Assembly (NCBI GenBank): GCA_951406725.2
Contig: OX597832.1
Location: 41,292,001-41,356,000 of the forward strand
Source: Octopus vulgaris
Taxonomy: Eukaryota
Reading direction: 5' to 3'
DNA length: 64,000 nucleotides
Shown here: positions 39,353-53,674 of the stretch, one piece after another
Numbering within the stretch: position 1 is the first letter of the stretch
How the letters are laid out: each line of letters begins with the position of its first letter
The notes under the pieces: generated by a model
Seen by the model: only the letters and a program-made list of their open reading frames with translations
Told to the model about the DNA's origin: nothing
Databases searched by the model: none
Position numbers and translations under genes: made by a program

Positions 39353-39819
39353 CTCGGAGTGGTTGGCGTTAGGAAGGGCATCCAGCTGTAGTAACTCTAC
39401 CAAATCAAGATTGGAGCCTGGTGCAGCCATCTGGTTTGCCAGCCCTCAGTCAAAATCGTCCAACCCATGCTAGTATGGAAAGCGGACGTTAAACGATAAT
39501 GATAATGACATTCAACGATTCTAAAAACAAAATAATAGTTTGTTTGTGTGTGTGTGTAAGTAGAAGAAGGTGTGTAAACATATATGGTCAGACACAGTTA
39601 CGCCCATGTACCATTCAAGAAGCAGTTCCAAAACGAAATAACTTTGGGCCCAAAATATAGATGCCAGCACAGAGTCTACACTCTGTATTGAGTCCCTATG
39701 GACACACAGACATATTCATGTGTGAAAAAGAGATGTACAATAGTCACTTAGCAGCCACTCCTGTCGCACAGCAAAAACACAATAAAAACAGAGAAACATT
39801 GTAAAGTGAATAGTAAACA

Positions 39820-42110
39820 CTGATGGTAGTATGTCAATAAATGGAGATGAGACAACTGTTTGTAGAAGGAGTCGGAAAGGGAAACCTTTTGTTTTGCTAA
39901 ATAAAATGAAGAGGAAAACTGAGCAACAGTTAAGGGGCAAGAACTACCAGACACGACAATCTTGCAGAGCGGCTTAAGTTACTCAACAAAGAAATTAAGA
40001 CTGGGAAAAAGATACCAAATAAGATTCCATTAACTGATTTTTGCATCCCGAATAGCTTTGTTTACCTCTGTAAAGGAACAGGATATGATGTACGAGTGAG
40101 GAGGTCATTGTCAAATAGTAGTGGAACAACAGTTCAACTAGGCCTGGACAATCTTTTTCAAGAAATAGGCCACACAATATGTCATCTGGTGGGTCACACT
40201 GTTAAAAAAATTCAATGTGACTTTTGGTTGGCACACCATTCGGAAAGTCCCGCAGGCCACAGTTTACCCATGACTACTTTAAATGATAAAAATTATAGAA
40301 AGAAAACCCTAAACAAACACAACAAAACAATGTTTTTATTCCATACTGGAAGGCTTTTAAGGAAATACTCAAAACAGCAATTTCAACAGACCTAAGGAAG
40401 TAAATGAACAAATGATGGTCATTTCAGGGACCGAATCAAGAGCAACAAATATGTCTTGTCACCTATTCTTGAAGTCATTATGGGAAGTAAAGGATGTGTC
40501 TATAAAACGCCCAATCCTTTCTGAAAGAAGGACCAATTTGCTTAATCTAAATACCATGTGCACATTTGAAGGAACCAAGGCTGTGAGGTTAGTCTTCATC
40601 CCAAGATGCACCTTCTGTTTACCAGATTTTATCACGATCAGCTTTAAGAGTTCAGTAAAGAATTCTCTCCACTTCTTAAGGATGTTCCTCTCTATGAAGA
40701 GGGAACCCCGGCCGAGTTCTTAATGGCAGGTGTGGAAGAGGGTCTTTTGTTACGAAGTCAATTAATGGTCTGTCAGAATACTTTATTGGTCAATCTAAAG
40801 TGATAGTCCAGCTTGACCCTTAGGGTCCTCCTATGGTTTAGCTTTGGATGTTATTTATTATCTCTGCAACTTTTCATGCCTCAGAGTACCATCTGTGCAA
40901 AAGGGGGGGGACTTGTTTCCAGGCCTCCTTTTTTGCTCAGATGGCATTTTTACCTTCCGGTTTAAACCAAGGGGTTCCCTTGGCACCACACCAAGCTGCT
41001 GTCATCTACAGCATTTTACAGTCACAGAAGAAACTGCCAAACAAAACAATCTCCACTGTTTCAACATCTTCAGTTTGTTCAGGAAGGTCTCTGAATATGG
41101 ATGCAATAGTGACTGCATATTTGTTTCTGATCTCATCATTCCTGTAGGCTGCACTGGACTTAACCAGTTTTGTGGATTCTCCCGACTGTTGCAGACAGTC
41201 TTAGGTGGTGACCCGTTGTCAGCTCTACTCCTCTCTTTACATGACCATCCAGCAAAGAATCAAAGAGGCCAGAGACAATAACAAAACCTACCAGTGAACT
41301 CTGTCCCAAAGTATCTCTATACCAGATATATCTAGGAATATCCCTGTGCTAGAAGAATATGTTCATAATGGAGAGTCCATATCAAGCACAGAAGTCTAGT
41401 AAAGGCCTCTCCATTTGCATTGAAGACTCCTTGTAAGAGAAATGACTTGGTTTTAACTACAGCAACCTTGAAAAGGAAGGATTCTTTAAGCCAAGCTAAT
41501 GAGCAGGAGGCCTAGAGGTAGACCAAGAATGATGAGAAGGTTGGATAATATCCATTGCCATAGTTGGTTGTGCTGAGGAATCCAGCCAGGAAATCTAATG
41601 ATGGTTGCTTCTGATAGGACCCTATGGAAGAAATGTTTGAGGATTCTACCCCATAATCCTTCTGGAAATAGTGGGCAGAGAAGATGGAAGGATGGAATAC
41701 TAATCTGAAAGATGTATCATTCATATCCAATTCTCCTTTTTTTATGGCTAACAAGAACTGAATCCAATTCAATCTTGCAAGACATTGAAGCTAAAGAGAA
41801 AGAAGTTCTTACTGGGAAAATTGATCTCCTGAGCATAAAGTTGTGAAATGAATTAAAGAGATTTTCAAAAGTGTGTCCAGGACAACTTTAGATTTGGTGG
41901 TAGACAAACTATTTGTAGAGAACTCTGGGGCAACAACATATGTAAAGTTTTTTTTTTTTAACAATAATGATACGTATGTCAATAAATGAAGATGACCTAA
42001 TTACTTATATAAGGAGTCAGAGAGAGAGTGTGAAAATTTGGAGCAACAGTTAGGGCGGGAACAGCCAAATGCCAGAACCTCTAAGAGCCTGTTAAGCCAG
42101 AGAACATGGC
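39820..42110 (-). mobile_element. Degenerate retroelement bounded by direct repeats, possibly tyrosine-recombinase (DIRS/Ngaro-like), carrying an inserted RTE fragment (about 40900-41280)
   Basis: gtatgtcaataaatggagatga...aaggagtc...gagcaacagtta at about 39829-39935 recurs at about 41974-42055. The RTE piece reads HVKRGVELTTGHHL...PWFKPEGKNAI. The YR-like remnants (PSWD; LFHYYL) are weak. Confidence 0.45.
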
Positions 42111-43260
42111 TGACCCAAGATGGGAACTGTATCTCAATCAAAGTGTTATATTCTTTTAAATCAAATGTAAATCAAGCAACAAGAATCATTTAATGTTTTG
42201 AACCAATTACAAAGCCCCTACCCAGTCACTCAAACTGCTAGAAACAGCAGCCAAATCACATCTCTTAAAAAAGATACCCCTAAAAAGACAGTATGGTCAT
42301 GGCTGGAAAGCCATGGTAATTATAAGTGTGCTCAATCAGGGCTGGCCAGAGGCTAAACATTAACAACAATACAACTACATGCTTCATATTTAGAAAAGGC
42401 ACCACTGTGATAGACTTCAAATAGTAACAATGATCATTTAACTTTGGCACAAAACTTCAATTTTAGGGAGTACTGGTCAATTGAATCAACGCTAGTATAT
42501 ACCAAGTGTTTACTTCATTGACCGAGGAAAGATGAAATCAATAGGTGACTCCAGTGAGCAACAAAAACAATAATAATAATTCTTTTTTACATAGATACAA
42601 GGGCCAGGAATTTTTTTGCTTGGGATGGGGTGCAGTTGATTCAGACTCTGTTGGTACTTTATTTTATCAATCCTGGAAGGACACTGCAAAGCGTTTTGTC
42701 TGTCAGTTCACCACAATAGCAGAAGCAACAATAATTGCTTGTAACATTAGTACAAGGGCAGAAATTTTAGGGAAGGTTATAGTCAATTAGATCAACCCCA
42801 GTACTTAACTGGTACTTTATAATAACAATGATTTCTAATATAGGAAGAAAAATAATATATTTTTGGTTGGGGAGGTTCAGTGCTAGATTAGTATTTACTT
42901 TTGTTCAGCCCAGAAGGATGAAAGGCTAAGCAGCATCCAGTCAAATTAGTACTTGGAACATAAAGGGGGTTTAATTACGTTCAGCTGGGCATTTTGTCCA
43001 GCGCTCCCCTGATTACGCACATGCACACAAAACCATAATACTATTACTAATAATAATTATTTCTAACACAGGTACAAGGCCTGAAATTTTTTGGGGGAAG
43101 GAATAGCTGATTGCATTGGTCTCAGTACTTTATCAACCCCAGAGGAATAAAAGGTTAAGTTTTTCATGGCAAGCTGTAAACTCAGGACATAGAGAGCTGG
43201 AAAACATAATGCACAACATTTTTTTGATACAGTTGAAATTCTGCTGACACATCACCTTAA

Positions 43261-43483
43261 CCCTTTCGATACCAAACCGGCTGAAACCGGCTCTGGCTCT
43301 GAGTACAAATGTCTTTGCTTTCATAAGTTTTGAATTAAAATCTTCCACCAAACCTCAGTCACAATTTATGTTCCTAACACTAGCGTAATGATATAACTAA
43401 GTTATTTTACTAAATTCTTTGTTATATTTAAAGTAATTGAAAGAAACACAGAGCATCTCAAAATAAATACAGTAACGAAAGGG
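43261..43483. mobile_element. piggyBac-type MITE
   Basis: TTAA|CCCTTTCGATAC ... GTAACGAAAGGG|TTAA, an 11/12 TIR match with a TTAA TSD. Confidence 0.85.
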
Positions 43484-44601
43484 TTAATAATTATCAGCGA
43501 CGATGATGATGATAATAATGATTTCTAACATAAAAAGAAAGGAAGGGCATCTAACTGTAAACAACATGCCAAAAATGTAATGTATGACTGGCATATGGCT
43601 AGAGAAAGCTACATTGGCAGCTATCTAGGAGGGAAGAAACAGCAAATAAGAACTCAGGTTTGACAGGAAACTTTAGTTCTCTCCAGACGGAGCAATCTCT
43701 CAGTGGTCAGTAAGCATGATAAAATGCATTGATTCTGCACTGCAGGATGTAAACAACTGTTGACCAGTTATCTGTTGCTGTAAGTGCACGGTAACCTGGC
43801 CCATGATGACTTGTCTAACCCATGCCCACAAGAAAAATAAATATAATTAAAATGCCCCCATCCCATCTTAGTGGGAGGTTACTGATTTAATCACTACATC
43901 ATCCAAATAATTTCAAATTTTGCTATAGGGGGAAAAATGTGGTGGATTAGATTAACAGCAGTATTTGATTAGTCCTTGATTTATTGACTTTGGAGGAACA
44001 AAGTAAACTAGACTTTCGTGGGATTTGAACTCAATGGAAGAATCTGCTTTCTAAATTGTATTTCTATGACAACAAGGTTGGAGACATAGTACGATTGTGT
44101 ATAATGTGTAAAAGATGATGGAGGTGATGTGATGTGAAGAAGAGTGCAAGTGAGACAAGGGGAAGACAGAGAAATGCCGGCAGCTGTTGTTTTGGTGAGG
44201 GTGTTTTGTGAACTGTTAAGCAAGAGTAGTTAGATGTCTTTGTGGCTAGGGGGGTTCTATAAATACACATTATTAAACAAGAGCTGGAGTTAAAGAATGG
44301 GAGAAGTCTATAAATATACATTATTTTGAAAGAAGAAGGGAAGGGAATTGAAGTGAGAGGAAGCGGAGGAGAATAAACACATCAGCTAAACAAGAGACCA
44401 GGAGAATGAAGGTGTGTCAGGAAGAGGAGCTGAGAGGTTTATAAACTCTGTAAACATCAAATAACAAAATAAATAAGTGTGGTGGTGGTGGTGGTAGTGG
44501 TAGTAGGTGAGTTTTCAAAGAAGAGCAAAAAAAACCAAAACAATACCAAATAGATGTTTCTGAAATAAATTGTGTGAATGAGAGAGAATATGAGTTTTCT
44601 A

Positions 44602-44893
44602 GAGTGGCTGTGTGGTAAGAAGCTTGCTTTCTAACCACATGTCTTCTATTATAGCATTGGGCCGACCAAAGCCTCCATGACTGGACTTGGTAGATGGAAA
44701 CAGAAAGAAGCCCTTCATATATACATGTATGTGAGTGTGTGTCTGTTTGTCATTGCACCATTGTTTGACAACCGATGTTGGTGTGTTTACATGCCTGTGA
44801 CTTAGTGGTTTGGGAAAGTGACCGATAGAATAAGCACTGTTGTTCTATTAAAGGCGGTGCCAGTATGGCTACAGTCAAATCACTGAAACAAGT
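44602..44893 (+). mobile_element. SINE family B, internally deleted copy
   Basis: Head gagtggctgtgtggtaagaagcttgc and tail cagtcaaatcactgaaacaag. Confidence 0.7.
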
Positions 44894-45355
44894 GATAGAT
44901 ATATGTTCATTCCTTTAATATCTGTTGTCTTTCCCTCTCTCTCTCTCTTACTCTCCCTATATATATATATTGGCCTGCTTGCTTAGCCAGCGGGGTGGCG
45001 CTATTTGAAGGCTAAAACAATGCGAAGCGCATTGTGACCAGCGATGTGTAACATCTGATAACCTGGTTGGCCACGGTGATATATATATACACACATATAT
45101 ACATAAATATATATACACACACATATATATACATATATATATACACATACACACATATATATATATATACACATACATATATATATATGCCCCAGCATGG
45201 CCACAGCTCGTGAGCTGAAACTAGATGAAATAAAAATGAAATAAATACATATAAATATACATGTATACATATATATATGTACATATACATGTATACATAT
45301 ACACACACACACGCATATATATAAACTTTTACAAAAAAGGGGGATAATAATAACT

Positions 45356-45418
45356 TCTGAGTTTTGCCCTGATAGTTTTCATCAGTGTCCGATGAGGGCC
45401 AGCCAGACGAAACTCTGA
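45356..45418. other. Back-to-back degenerate hammerhead-like motifs (Penelope-like remnant)
   Basis: Plus strand: cCGATGA-gggccagccagac-GAAAC-tctga. Minus strand: CTGATGA-aaactatcaggg-caaaac-tcaga. Confidence 0.4.
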
Positions 45419-46764
45419 ACCCATATTCTTGTAAAAGTTGAATAGTAAAGATGTACTCTACTAAAAAGTAGTGAGTAATCCTTCAGTTTAATATTAAATT
45501 GGTTTTACATTTATCTTCACATAAAACAAACAATATATACATATATATAATGATGGTGGCAATTGTGATTGTTAACAGCAGTAAGAACCTCTATGTGTGT
45601 GTGTGTGTGTGTGCATGTTATTCCATCCTTTACGCCTACAAACTACACTGGCCCCACCATCTCTGTGTCAACCATATGAACAAACACAAGACTCTCCAAC
45701 TGACCAACTATTACAGAAACAGGACCTCCGTAATGCCATGATGGACCATGAAGTCTGGCGTAGCATGGTAAATTCCATTGTCTCGACCATGGTCGAACAA
45801 TGATGAATGATGATGACAAGCACATACCTAATCTTCAATATCTCTTCTGCACTCAATGCACACACAGCATACAAGAATTGTGCAGCTTCACAAACTGCAT
45901 GCACCAATCAATGTATAATAGCATCCAGGAATGATTTCATCATCATCATTATTTTAATGTTCAGTTTCCCATGTGTCTGTCTCTGGGTCAAATGAAATTC
46001 AGTGAGGTTTCTACAGCTGGACACTCTTCCTGTCACCAACCCTTGCTTTTTTTTTTTTTTTTTCAATCAAGATAAATGCTAACAGCATAACAACCAGATA
46101 TATTTTCATGGAAGGTTGTATAAGAATGACCCTGTTTTTATGGTAATGACATTTGTTTACAATTAGTGTGCAATTTAGTCAAAATTTTTTTCCCTTTACA
46201 TCACAATTTAAACAAAATACTACCATCAAATTACATTAATTAATCTTATTCTGTACATATATATTAACTTAGAAGTAGATTTTTTAAAATGTCTGATATA
46301 ACAGTAAAAAAAACCTAGTGTATCTTGTTTTCATGTTCTGTGGATATCGTTCTGATGCTTTGAGTTAAGAAGATTCATCACCTCTGTTCTATGTAATCTT
46401 CTCTTATATTTCTAATGATTGCAAGCTGTCTGTGTTCCAATTAACTTTCAATATAATTAACATTTGGGAAGGATTTAGCCAAAACCTATAACTTTATTTG
46501 AAGCAGCATTTTATGGGCAGACACTCTTCCCATTGCTAACCCTTACCTGTTTTTCAAATTAGGGAGTGTTTTCTTTTTATTCCACTCGTCTTCAAAAGTG
46601 CAGAGTAACAAAGAATATAAACACCACATCACTATTTCTCTTAGACAGTGACACACAAGTAAAGACACAGAATGTCAACATTTGTGTACATGCTCACATC
46701 CATACACGCATAAAAAAAACTCCCATAGTTTCTGTTTACCAATGCTGATAGATATAAGTATGTA

Positions 46765-46798
<34 letters not shown>

Positions 46799-48834
46799 AC
46801 TTATAAAAAAGGGCAAAAGAAAAAAAAATTCTAATGCCAAATATGCCGAAAATAGACAAATCATCAATAACCATATAATTCATCACTATAAGCATGTGTC
46901 TCGAAGCAAGCTGACAGAAATTTCTAAAAAATTCTGTTATTATCATACATATATATGTGTGTGTGTACGTATGTGTGTGTGTAATGTTGGTTTTGACCAA
47001 CTAAATTATCATTAAATCATTCATGTATCTTTTACCTTTTACTTGTTTCAAGCATTAGACTGTAGCCATGCTGGGGCACCAATGTAAACATGGTCTGTAG
47101 TTGTGGTTCAGTGTAGATTGTGAACATTCCCACAGACACACACATGAAACAAACTCAGACGTTAAAACAAATATACACGATGGATTTCCCTCAGTTTCTG
47201 TGTACCAAATTCCCTCACACAACATTGATTACCCTACGGTTACAGAAGAGGACGACACTTGCCCAAAGTGCTCTGCCATCAGAATGAACGCAATGTATGT
47301 CACATGGTTGAGAAGCAAACTTCTTAATCACACTGCTATGTTAGTGCCTATACATATATATATATGTGTGTGTGTGTATGTATACATATAAAGGTATGCA
47401 TCTGTATGTAACGTTTTAGTGCAGGTTTATATGTATATATTATATAAATATGTGTTGGGTAAATATTGGTAGTTAAATGCACTAAACATATACTTATATA
47501 TGATAAATGCTTTCTTCAGGCAAGAATGGTCTGACGTATCAAAACAAAGGTAGGATATCAAACTGAATACTACAGAGAACAACATGTTATTTACATTATT
47601 TTTAAAATGTTAAAACAATATTTCTGATTAATCAAATAACACATATATATCTTCCCCCATAAGCTGCGTGACTGAGATGGTAAATGAACAGCGGAAAACT
47701 AGCAGGACATAAAAATGGCAGTCAACATGAAATAGAGACTGATAATAAATATATATATATATATAATGTGTATATATGTATGTATATATATATGTATGTG
47801 TATATATGTGTATGTATGTGTATATATGTGTATGTATGTGTATATGTGTATATATATGTATGTGTATATATATGTATATATATATGTGTGTATATATAAT
47901 TATTCTTTCCCTTTCCTTTTCTCTTATTCCCTTCCTTGACACTGCCTCTGTTAGTTTCTCTACTAGCAACCGTTGACAAAACAAAAACAAACCTGTTCCT
48001 TCCATCATACTTTAACATCTCAGCACCTTTTCTCCTGGTCTGTCATGGGAGATTGCGAGTTACCAGGTGACCTCATTAATGCCAGAGCCACACACACACA
48101 CATGCATGCACACACAGACATGCACGCACACATACACACACACAAAAGGGCCCAATTGAATCTGTAAAGTAGTTGGCATTTGGAAGGGCTTTCAGCCGTA
48201 GAGACCATGCCAGAACTGAGACAACGGAGCAAGAGAGTGGGTGCCGACCCGTTGGATTCTGTCAAACTGTCCAACCCATGCCAGCATGGAAAGTGGACGC
48301 GTAAAATGATGGATGATGATAATGATGATGATGTTATGTATAGCCATAGAATGAAAAAAGTTTGAGTTCAACTGATCCCATGATTCCTTACCAATGGAAG
48401 AATGAGCTAACGAGGGGAACTTATATAGTCACACAAATCAAATCACACCCTACCATCTAAAAAAAAAATGGCAGTATACTTGGGATAATGTATCTTTCTC
48501 TTGGACAACAACAACAAAAAAAAAGGGATGGTCACAGTAGGAATAACTCAACTCTGATTATAAATCTGCTGATTCAGAGCTGACTTGGAAAATTGTAACA
48601 AATAAAATACCTAGAAAGATGTAAGATTTCTATCATTTGCTCCTATTATAAATGCAACATTTACTAGTTTATAATGTAAGATTTACTATAGAATAGAAAT
48701 GGAGTGCGTTACTATTGTAATACACCCCATCGTAATTCTGAGTTTCTCTTGTGTGGGCATATTCAGAGAGGAATATAGACTTAAACATGGGAGTGAGAGT
48801 GTGTGTGTATGCGTGCATATATATATATATCCAG

Positions 48835-49015
48835 TCGCCATGATAGATCGTTAGCCCCTACACACATTTTTCTCTCTCCTTGTTTTTTTTCTGTGTCCCT
48901 TTCTGTAGAAGAGCATAGGCTCGAAACGTAAAAGACTTTTTCTATTCCTGAGCGTTATACTAATACATCTGTTTATTTTGTACACCACCTGTCTTCGTGT
49001 TTTGTTTTTTTTCGT
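48835..49015 (+). mobile_element. Penelope-like pLTR fragment
   Basis: gaagagcataggctcgaaacgt, the gaagag...cgaaacg pattern common in Penelope terminal repeats. Confidence 0.4.
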
Positions 49016-49576
49016 GGTGTATGTATCAGAAAAGATTTTGGTGTATTATTTAACATAAATTACTAAAGACAGGAGTTGTTAACAACAGTAAGAAGAACAC
49101 ATAAGGACATGTGTTGCCATCTTATGTTAGTGTTAGATGGGAAATAAAGAAACATACATGTGTGTGTGTCTGTGTATGAACAAACTGTTATGAAACTTAT
49201 GCTAAGTGTGTGTGTGTGTGTGTGTGAATGCACGTGTGTAGGTAGGTAATTATTTGTGTTTAGTGTACACTAGTATATCACAGTATGATCATGAAAGATC
49301 CACTGAAAGGGGTTCACTTGATTAAGTACAAAGAACAGAACTGAAATGTTACCTAGTGGTGAAAGTAAAAAACCATTGCTACCATCCTGATGGTAACATG
49401 GTATACAAGAGTGGTTCAATTTACAGTTACATCTCAATGGTTACAGAGTGAAGCGTCAAACGTTCACAGCTATCCCTCAGTGTAAGAACTCTGTGGGTGA
49501 AGAACAGAAGTAACACAGATTTAGATGATGGATTCTGAGGTTCTGATGACCACTTGGCCATGGCAATGCCATGGCA

Positions 49577-49643
<67 letters not shown>
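49577..49643. repeat. (GAT)n microsatellite
   Basis: Seen directly. It explains the poly-Asp ORF at 49525-49851. Confidence 0.95.
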
Positions 49644-49644
<1 letters not shown>

Positions 49645-51530
49645 AACAGCAACAATAACAATAATGGTTGTTGTAATAATAATAATATTAACAATGATGC
49701 TGCTGACTTCTTACATTGGCACGAAGCTGCACATTTTGTAGATAAAGATGGGAGGGAGGGTCATTTTTGGAGAAATGCTGCTAAGCATTCTCTCTGGCAT
49801 GCTAATGAGGCCCAAAGCCTGAAATTTTGGGGGAAGGGGCTACTTGATTAAACTGACCCCAGTACTTGACCGATACTTATTTATTGACCCTGAAAGGATG
49901 AAAAGTAAGGTTGAACCAGGTACCCATTTTTTTGCCCCTCCCCAAGGGACACAGAAAGGTAAATTCAACCTTGGCAGGATTCAATTCAGAATATAGAAGG
50001 ACTTAATTAACCCTTCAGTATGAAAACTGGCCATATCCGGCCGGAATATTCTACCTGTTTTATGTCCAAACCGGACAGATCTGGTCTCTCATATTTACCT
50101 GATGTCTTTCTAAAAATAATCAATCACATCATCAAAATATCAAAGCTATGGGATAATTAATGTATGATTAATTCAAAACAAAATGAATAAACAAACGTAT
50201 TTGCTAAAGAGTAATCTGAATGCTAAACAATTAAAAGTACCACAAAGAGTTCATTTTAGTTCGTTAACATTTCTGCTAACTCATTAATAATAATAATCCA
50301 TTCTTCTATAGGCACAAGGGAGGGAGTTAGTTGATTACATTGTCCCCAGTGCTTAATTGCAACTTATTTCATGAATCCCAAAAGGATGAAAGTCAAAGTC
50401 AACCTCTGTGGAATTTGAACTCAGATGGATGAGATGCTGCTAAGCATTTTGCCTAGCATGCTAATGAGGCACAAAGCCTGATATTTTTGGGGGAAGGGGC
50501 TATAGTCAATTAAACTTACCCCCAGTACTTGACTGGTACTTTATTTATTGACCCTGAAAGGATGGAAAATAAGGTTGGACTTGGTGGGGATTTGAACTCG
50601 GAACATAAAGGAGCAGGAACGAATACTGCAACATAGATGCTCCGCTAAATCTGCCAATCCACTGCCCTCATTCAGTAACAACAACAATAACAACAACAGC
50701 ATGAATATTGTATGAACAGTCCTAATCACAGCTAAGCACACCAGGGTGGGGGTGGAGGGCATAAAAGGAAAGGAAAAAAATGAAACAACCTCCAAACACA
50801 TTAAATAATCAAGGAAGCATTCTGTTAGGGGGTGGGGAAGGGGGGAAGACGGTGGGGGCTGGAGAAGCAGGAGGGGGTGGAACAGAAAGTGGGGTGGGTC
50901 CTTTGTTGTTCTTTTTCTTGAGATTTTTCCCTCCCTCCCTCTCTTTTTCTCTTCCTCTTTCTCTCTCTCTCTCACACACACCACACACTCTCTCTCTCTC
51001 TCTCTCTCTTGCTTTCTATTTAATATTTTTTTTTTGGTTTCTTTTGCACAAGTTTCCTTAAAAAAGTTATAAAAATATTGGTCTTTTTTTTGTCAGGGAA
51101 TAAAAAAATTTTAACCAGGATTCACTCCTTTTTGAATTGAAAATTTTCAGGTCCCTCTAGTAACCAGCTTTGGGCTGTGCTATAGATGTTCTTTAAGTCG
51201 TGCACTGGACAGCCAGTTACTAATAGAGACAGCAGCAAAAAAGAAAAAAAAAAACGAACAAAAAAAGAAAAAAAAAAGACTCAACAGTAATCTGCTGCTG
51301 CCTGTCACACCTGCCAATCATATAAATAGTCTTTCCTTTCATGCAATTCAGAAACACACAAGTGACAGAGTGAATTCCTGGTCGTCGGTTCAAGCCATAC
51401 TTTGGTAATAAAAAAAAAAAAGAAACGAAAAAAAAAAACAAAAAAACAACCAACCGCACAAAGATATTGTCAATTAATCCTCTGTGTGTATGTGTGCGTG
51501 TGTATGCGTATGTGTGTATTTGTGTGTTTT

Positions 51531-51694
51531 TTAGTCTAGGTCTGAATCACTGGAGACATTACACTGTTCTTTCCACCAACCGCTAACACTGGAGTCTACA
51601 CTTCGACCGCGTAAAATGTATTCAGGCACTCTTTCCTGAGCAGTTTTGATAGTTATACTTTCACCCTCTGCTACGTTAGGAAGGCTTTTGACAC
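51531..51694 (-). CDS. NALCN: NALCN terminal coding exon
   Basis: ttgcag acceptor, phase 1. It encodes (G)VKSLPNVAEGESITIKTAQERVPEYILRGRSVDSSVSGWWKEQCNVSSDSDLD*; the WW..Q..V.SD ending matches human [24 protein letters not shown]. Confidence 0.85.
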
Positions 51695-51778
51695 CTGCAA
51701 ATTAGAAAGAGATAAAAGTAAGACTACGTGACAACACATTAAAGGATTTTTAAACAACAATAACAACACAACAAATAT

Positions 51779-52195
51779 ATATTTCTTTACTACCCACAAG
51801 GGGCTAAGCACAGAGGAGACAAACAAGGACAGACAAAGGGATTAAGTCGATTACATCGACCCCAGTGCGTAACTGGTACTTAATTTATCGACCCCGGAAG
51901 GATGAAAGGCAAAGTCGACCTCGGCGGAATTTGAACTCGGAACGTAACAGCAAACGAAATACCTATTTCTTTACTACCCACAAGGGGCTAAACACAGAGG
52001 AGACAAACAAGGACAGACAAAGGGATTAAGTCGATTACATCGACCCCAGTGTGTAACTGGTACTTAATTTATCGACCCCGGAAGGATGAAAGGCAAAGTC
52101 GACCTCGGCGGAATTTGAACTCGGAACGTAATGGCAGACGAAATACGGCAACGTATTTCGCCCGGCGTGCTAATGGTTCTGCCAGCTTGCCGCCC
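51779..52195 (-). mobile_element. SINE family A, head-to-tail dimer in the last NALCN intron
   Basis: Two nearly identical bodies joined at acgaaatacc|tatttctttactaccc (about 51963). Confidence 0.88.
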
Positions 52196-53168
52196 TACAA
52201 CAAATATATTGAGCCAACAAGGGAGCCCGTCTCTGTCAGAGGATTCCCAACATGAAACGGGGTGCAGGGTGGCATTCTAGGGTGTTTGGCAAAGAGAGGA
52301 AAGTATATTTCCTTCATTAATGTTGTCCACAACAGTATTGTTGTGGTGTGGTGGCTTGTATGCAGCTACAGCCCCGAGAGCTATGCCAGCAATTGAAAGA
52401 AAAATAAAATTAGTTATTAGAAAACTGACTTCCTCATCTTTAAATACAATATAACTTTCAAAAGGTGGAGGTAATCAAATTAATCTAGCATTTCCAAGGA
52501 GTTCAAGAGTATAGAAAGGGCCAAGAACCACTTGCTCTGCATGGTTACTTGACTTGCTGGAAACAGAAGACAAATATCTCTCAAATCACACCCTATTTCC
52601 TTTAAAAAGAAAGAACATGTTGGATAAACAGGTCTTAGATACATACATATCCTGCATGCATACATGTTTGTTTCTGCGTGTGTAGTAAATAGTCATGAAG
52701 TAGGAAATGTGGTCCAGGTGGACAGTTTCATGGACACAGTTCCCTATATTAATATCATTACACTTCATAACTGCTACTTAACCCTTGTATTAAAAGCCAT
52801 TGATGTCAGACCTTACTGGGAGAAGGCAACAAGTGTACTGTTCCCAGTAAAACAATGTAGTGTCATAGGTTTGAAATGGAAGCATACCAACGCACAGAGG
52901 GGTATGTGAAATATTGGCATCAGATTTTGGCACAAGGGCAGCAAATTTTAGGGGAGAGGGTAAGTTGATTACATCAACCCCAGTGTTCAACTAGTACTTT
53001 ATTTTAGCGACCCTGACAGGATGAAAGGCAAAGTCAGCCCCAGTAACATTTGGACTCAGAATGTGAAGTCGAAAGAAATGCCACTAAGCAATGATTCTGC
53101 AAGGTCACTGCCTTAACATGGGAAATATTAATTAATATATGAAAGGAATTGTTAATTTGTTTAGTTAC

Positions 53169-53271
53169 CTGCTGCCATACTCCTCTTTTTTGAACCACCT
53201 CTTTCCTTCTCTGAATGGATGACTGCACTATCACTGAGGGCAGGAACCAAAAGCTTTCGACTAGGAGGGCC
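53169..53271 (-). CDS. NALCN: NALCN C-terminal exon
   Basis: ttcag acceptor and gtaact donor, 103 nt, phase 0 to 1. It encodes GPPSRKLLVPALSDSAVIHSEKERGGSKKRSMAA (compare human LLSPTLSDRGGSR). Confidence 0.8.
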
Positions 53272-53632
53272 CTGAACAATAACAAGAACAGAATTATTTA
53301 TTTCGCAGTTGTAACAACAAAACAGTACACTTATATAATATACATAAATATATATATACACTTATTCTTCATTAGTAAATATACATCTATAACTATAAAA
53401 GAGTGTGTGTGTGTCTGCAAAACTTGTGTGATGCAGGGTGAACTTGCGTATGTTTCTTGCTCTCTTTCCTGTACCAAAATTTCACCCACAAATATTCTGC
53501 TTGTTCCAAGTGGTACAAGCCTCCTTCCCTATTTGCAGACATCTTCAGTTCTTTCTTTGTTTCTCCACCAACTTTGCAATCTCTCAAGCTGCATCAAAGT
53601 AGCATGGATTTTGTGCTTTATCTTATAAACTG

Positions 53633-53674
<42 letters not shown>

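Noticed and set aside
47520-47549. 30-nt AG/GT-bounded micro-exon that would read open after the ASAP phase-2 donor
   Set aside because: The translation QEWSDVSKQ does not resemble ASAP and the donor is weak, so it is likely chance.
49525-49851. Poly-Asp/Asn ORF
   Set aside because: It is a (GAT)n/(AAT)n microsatellite joined to SINE remnants.
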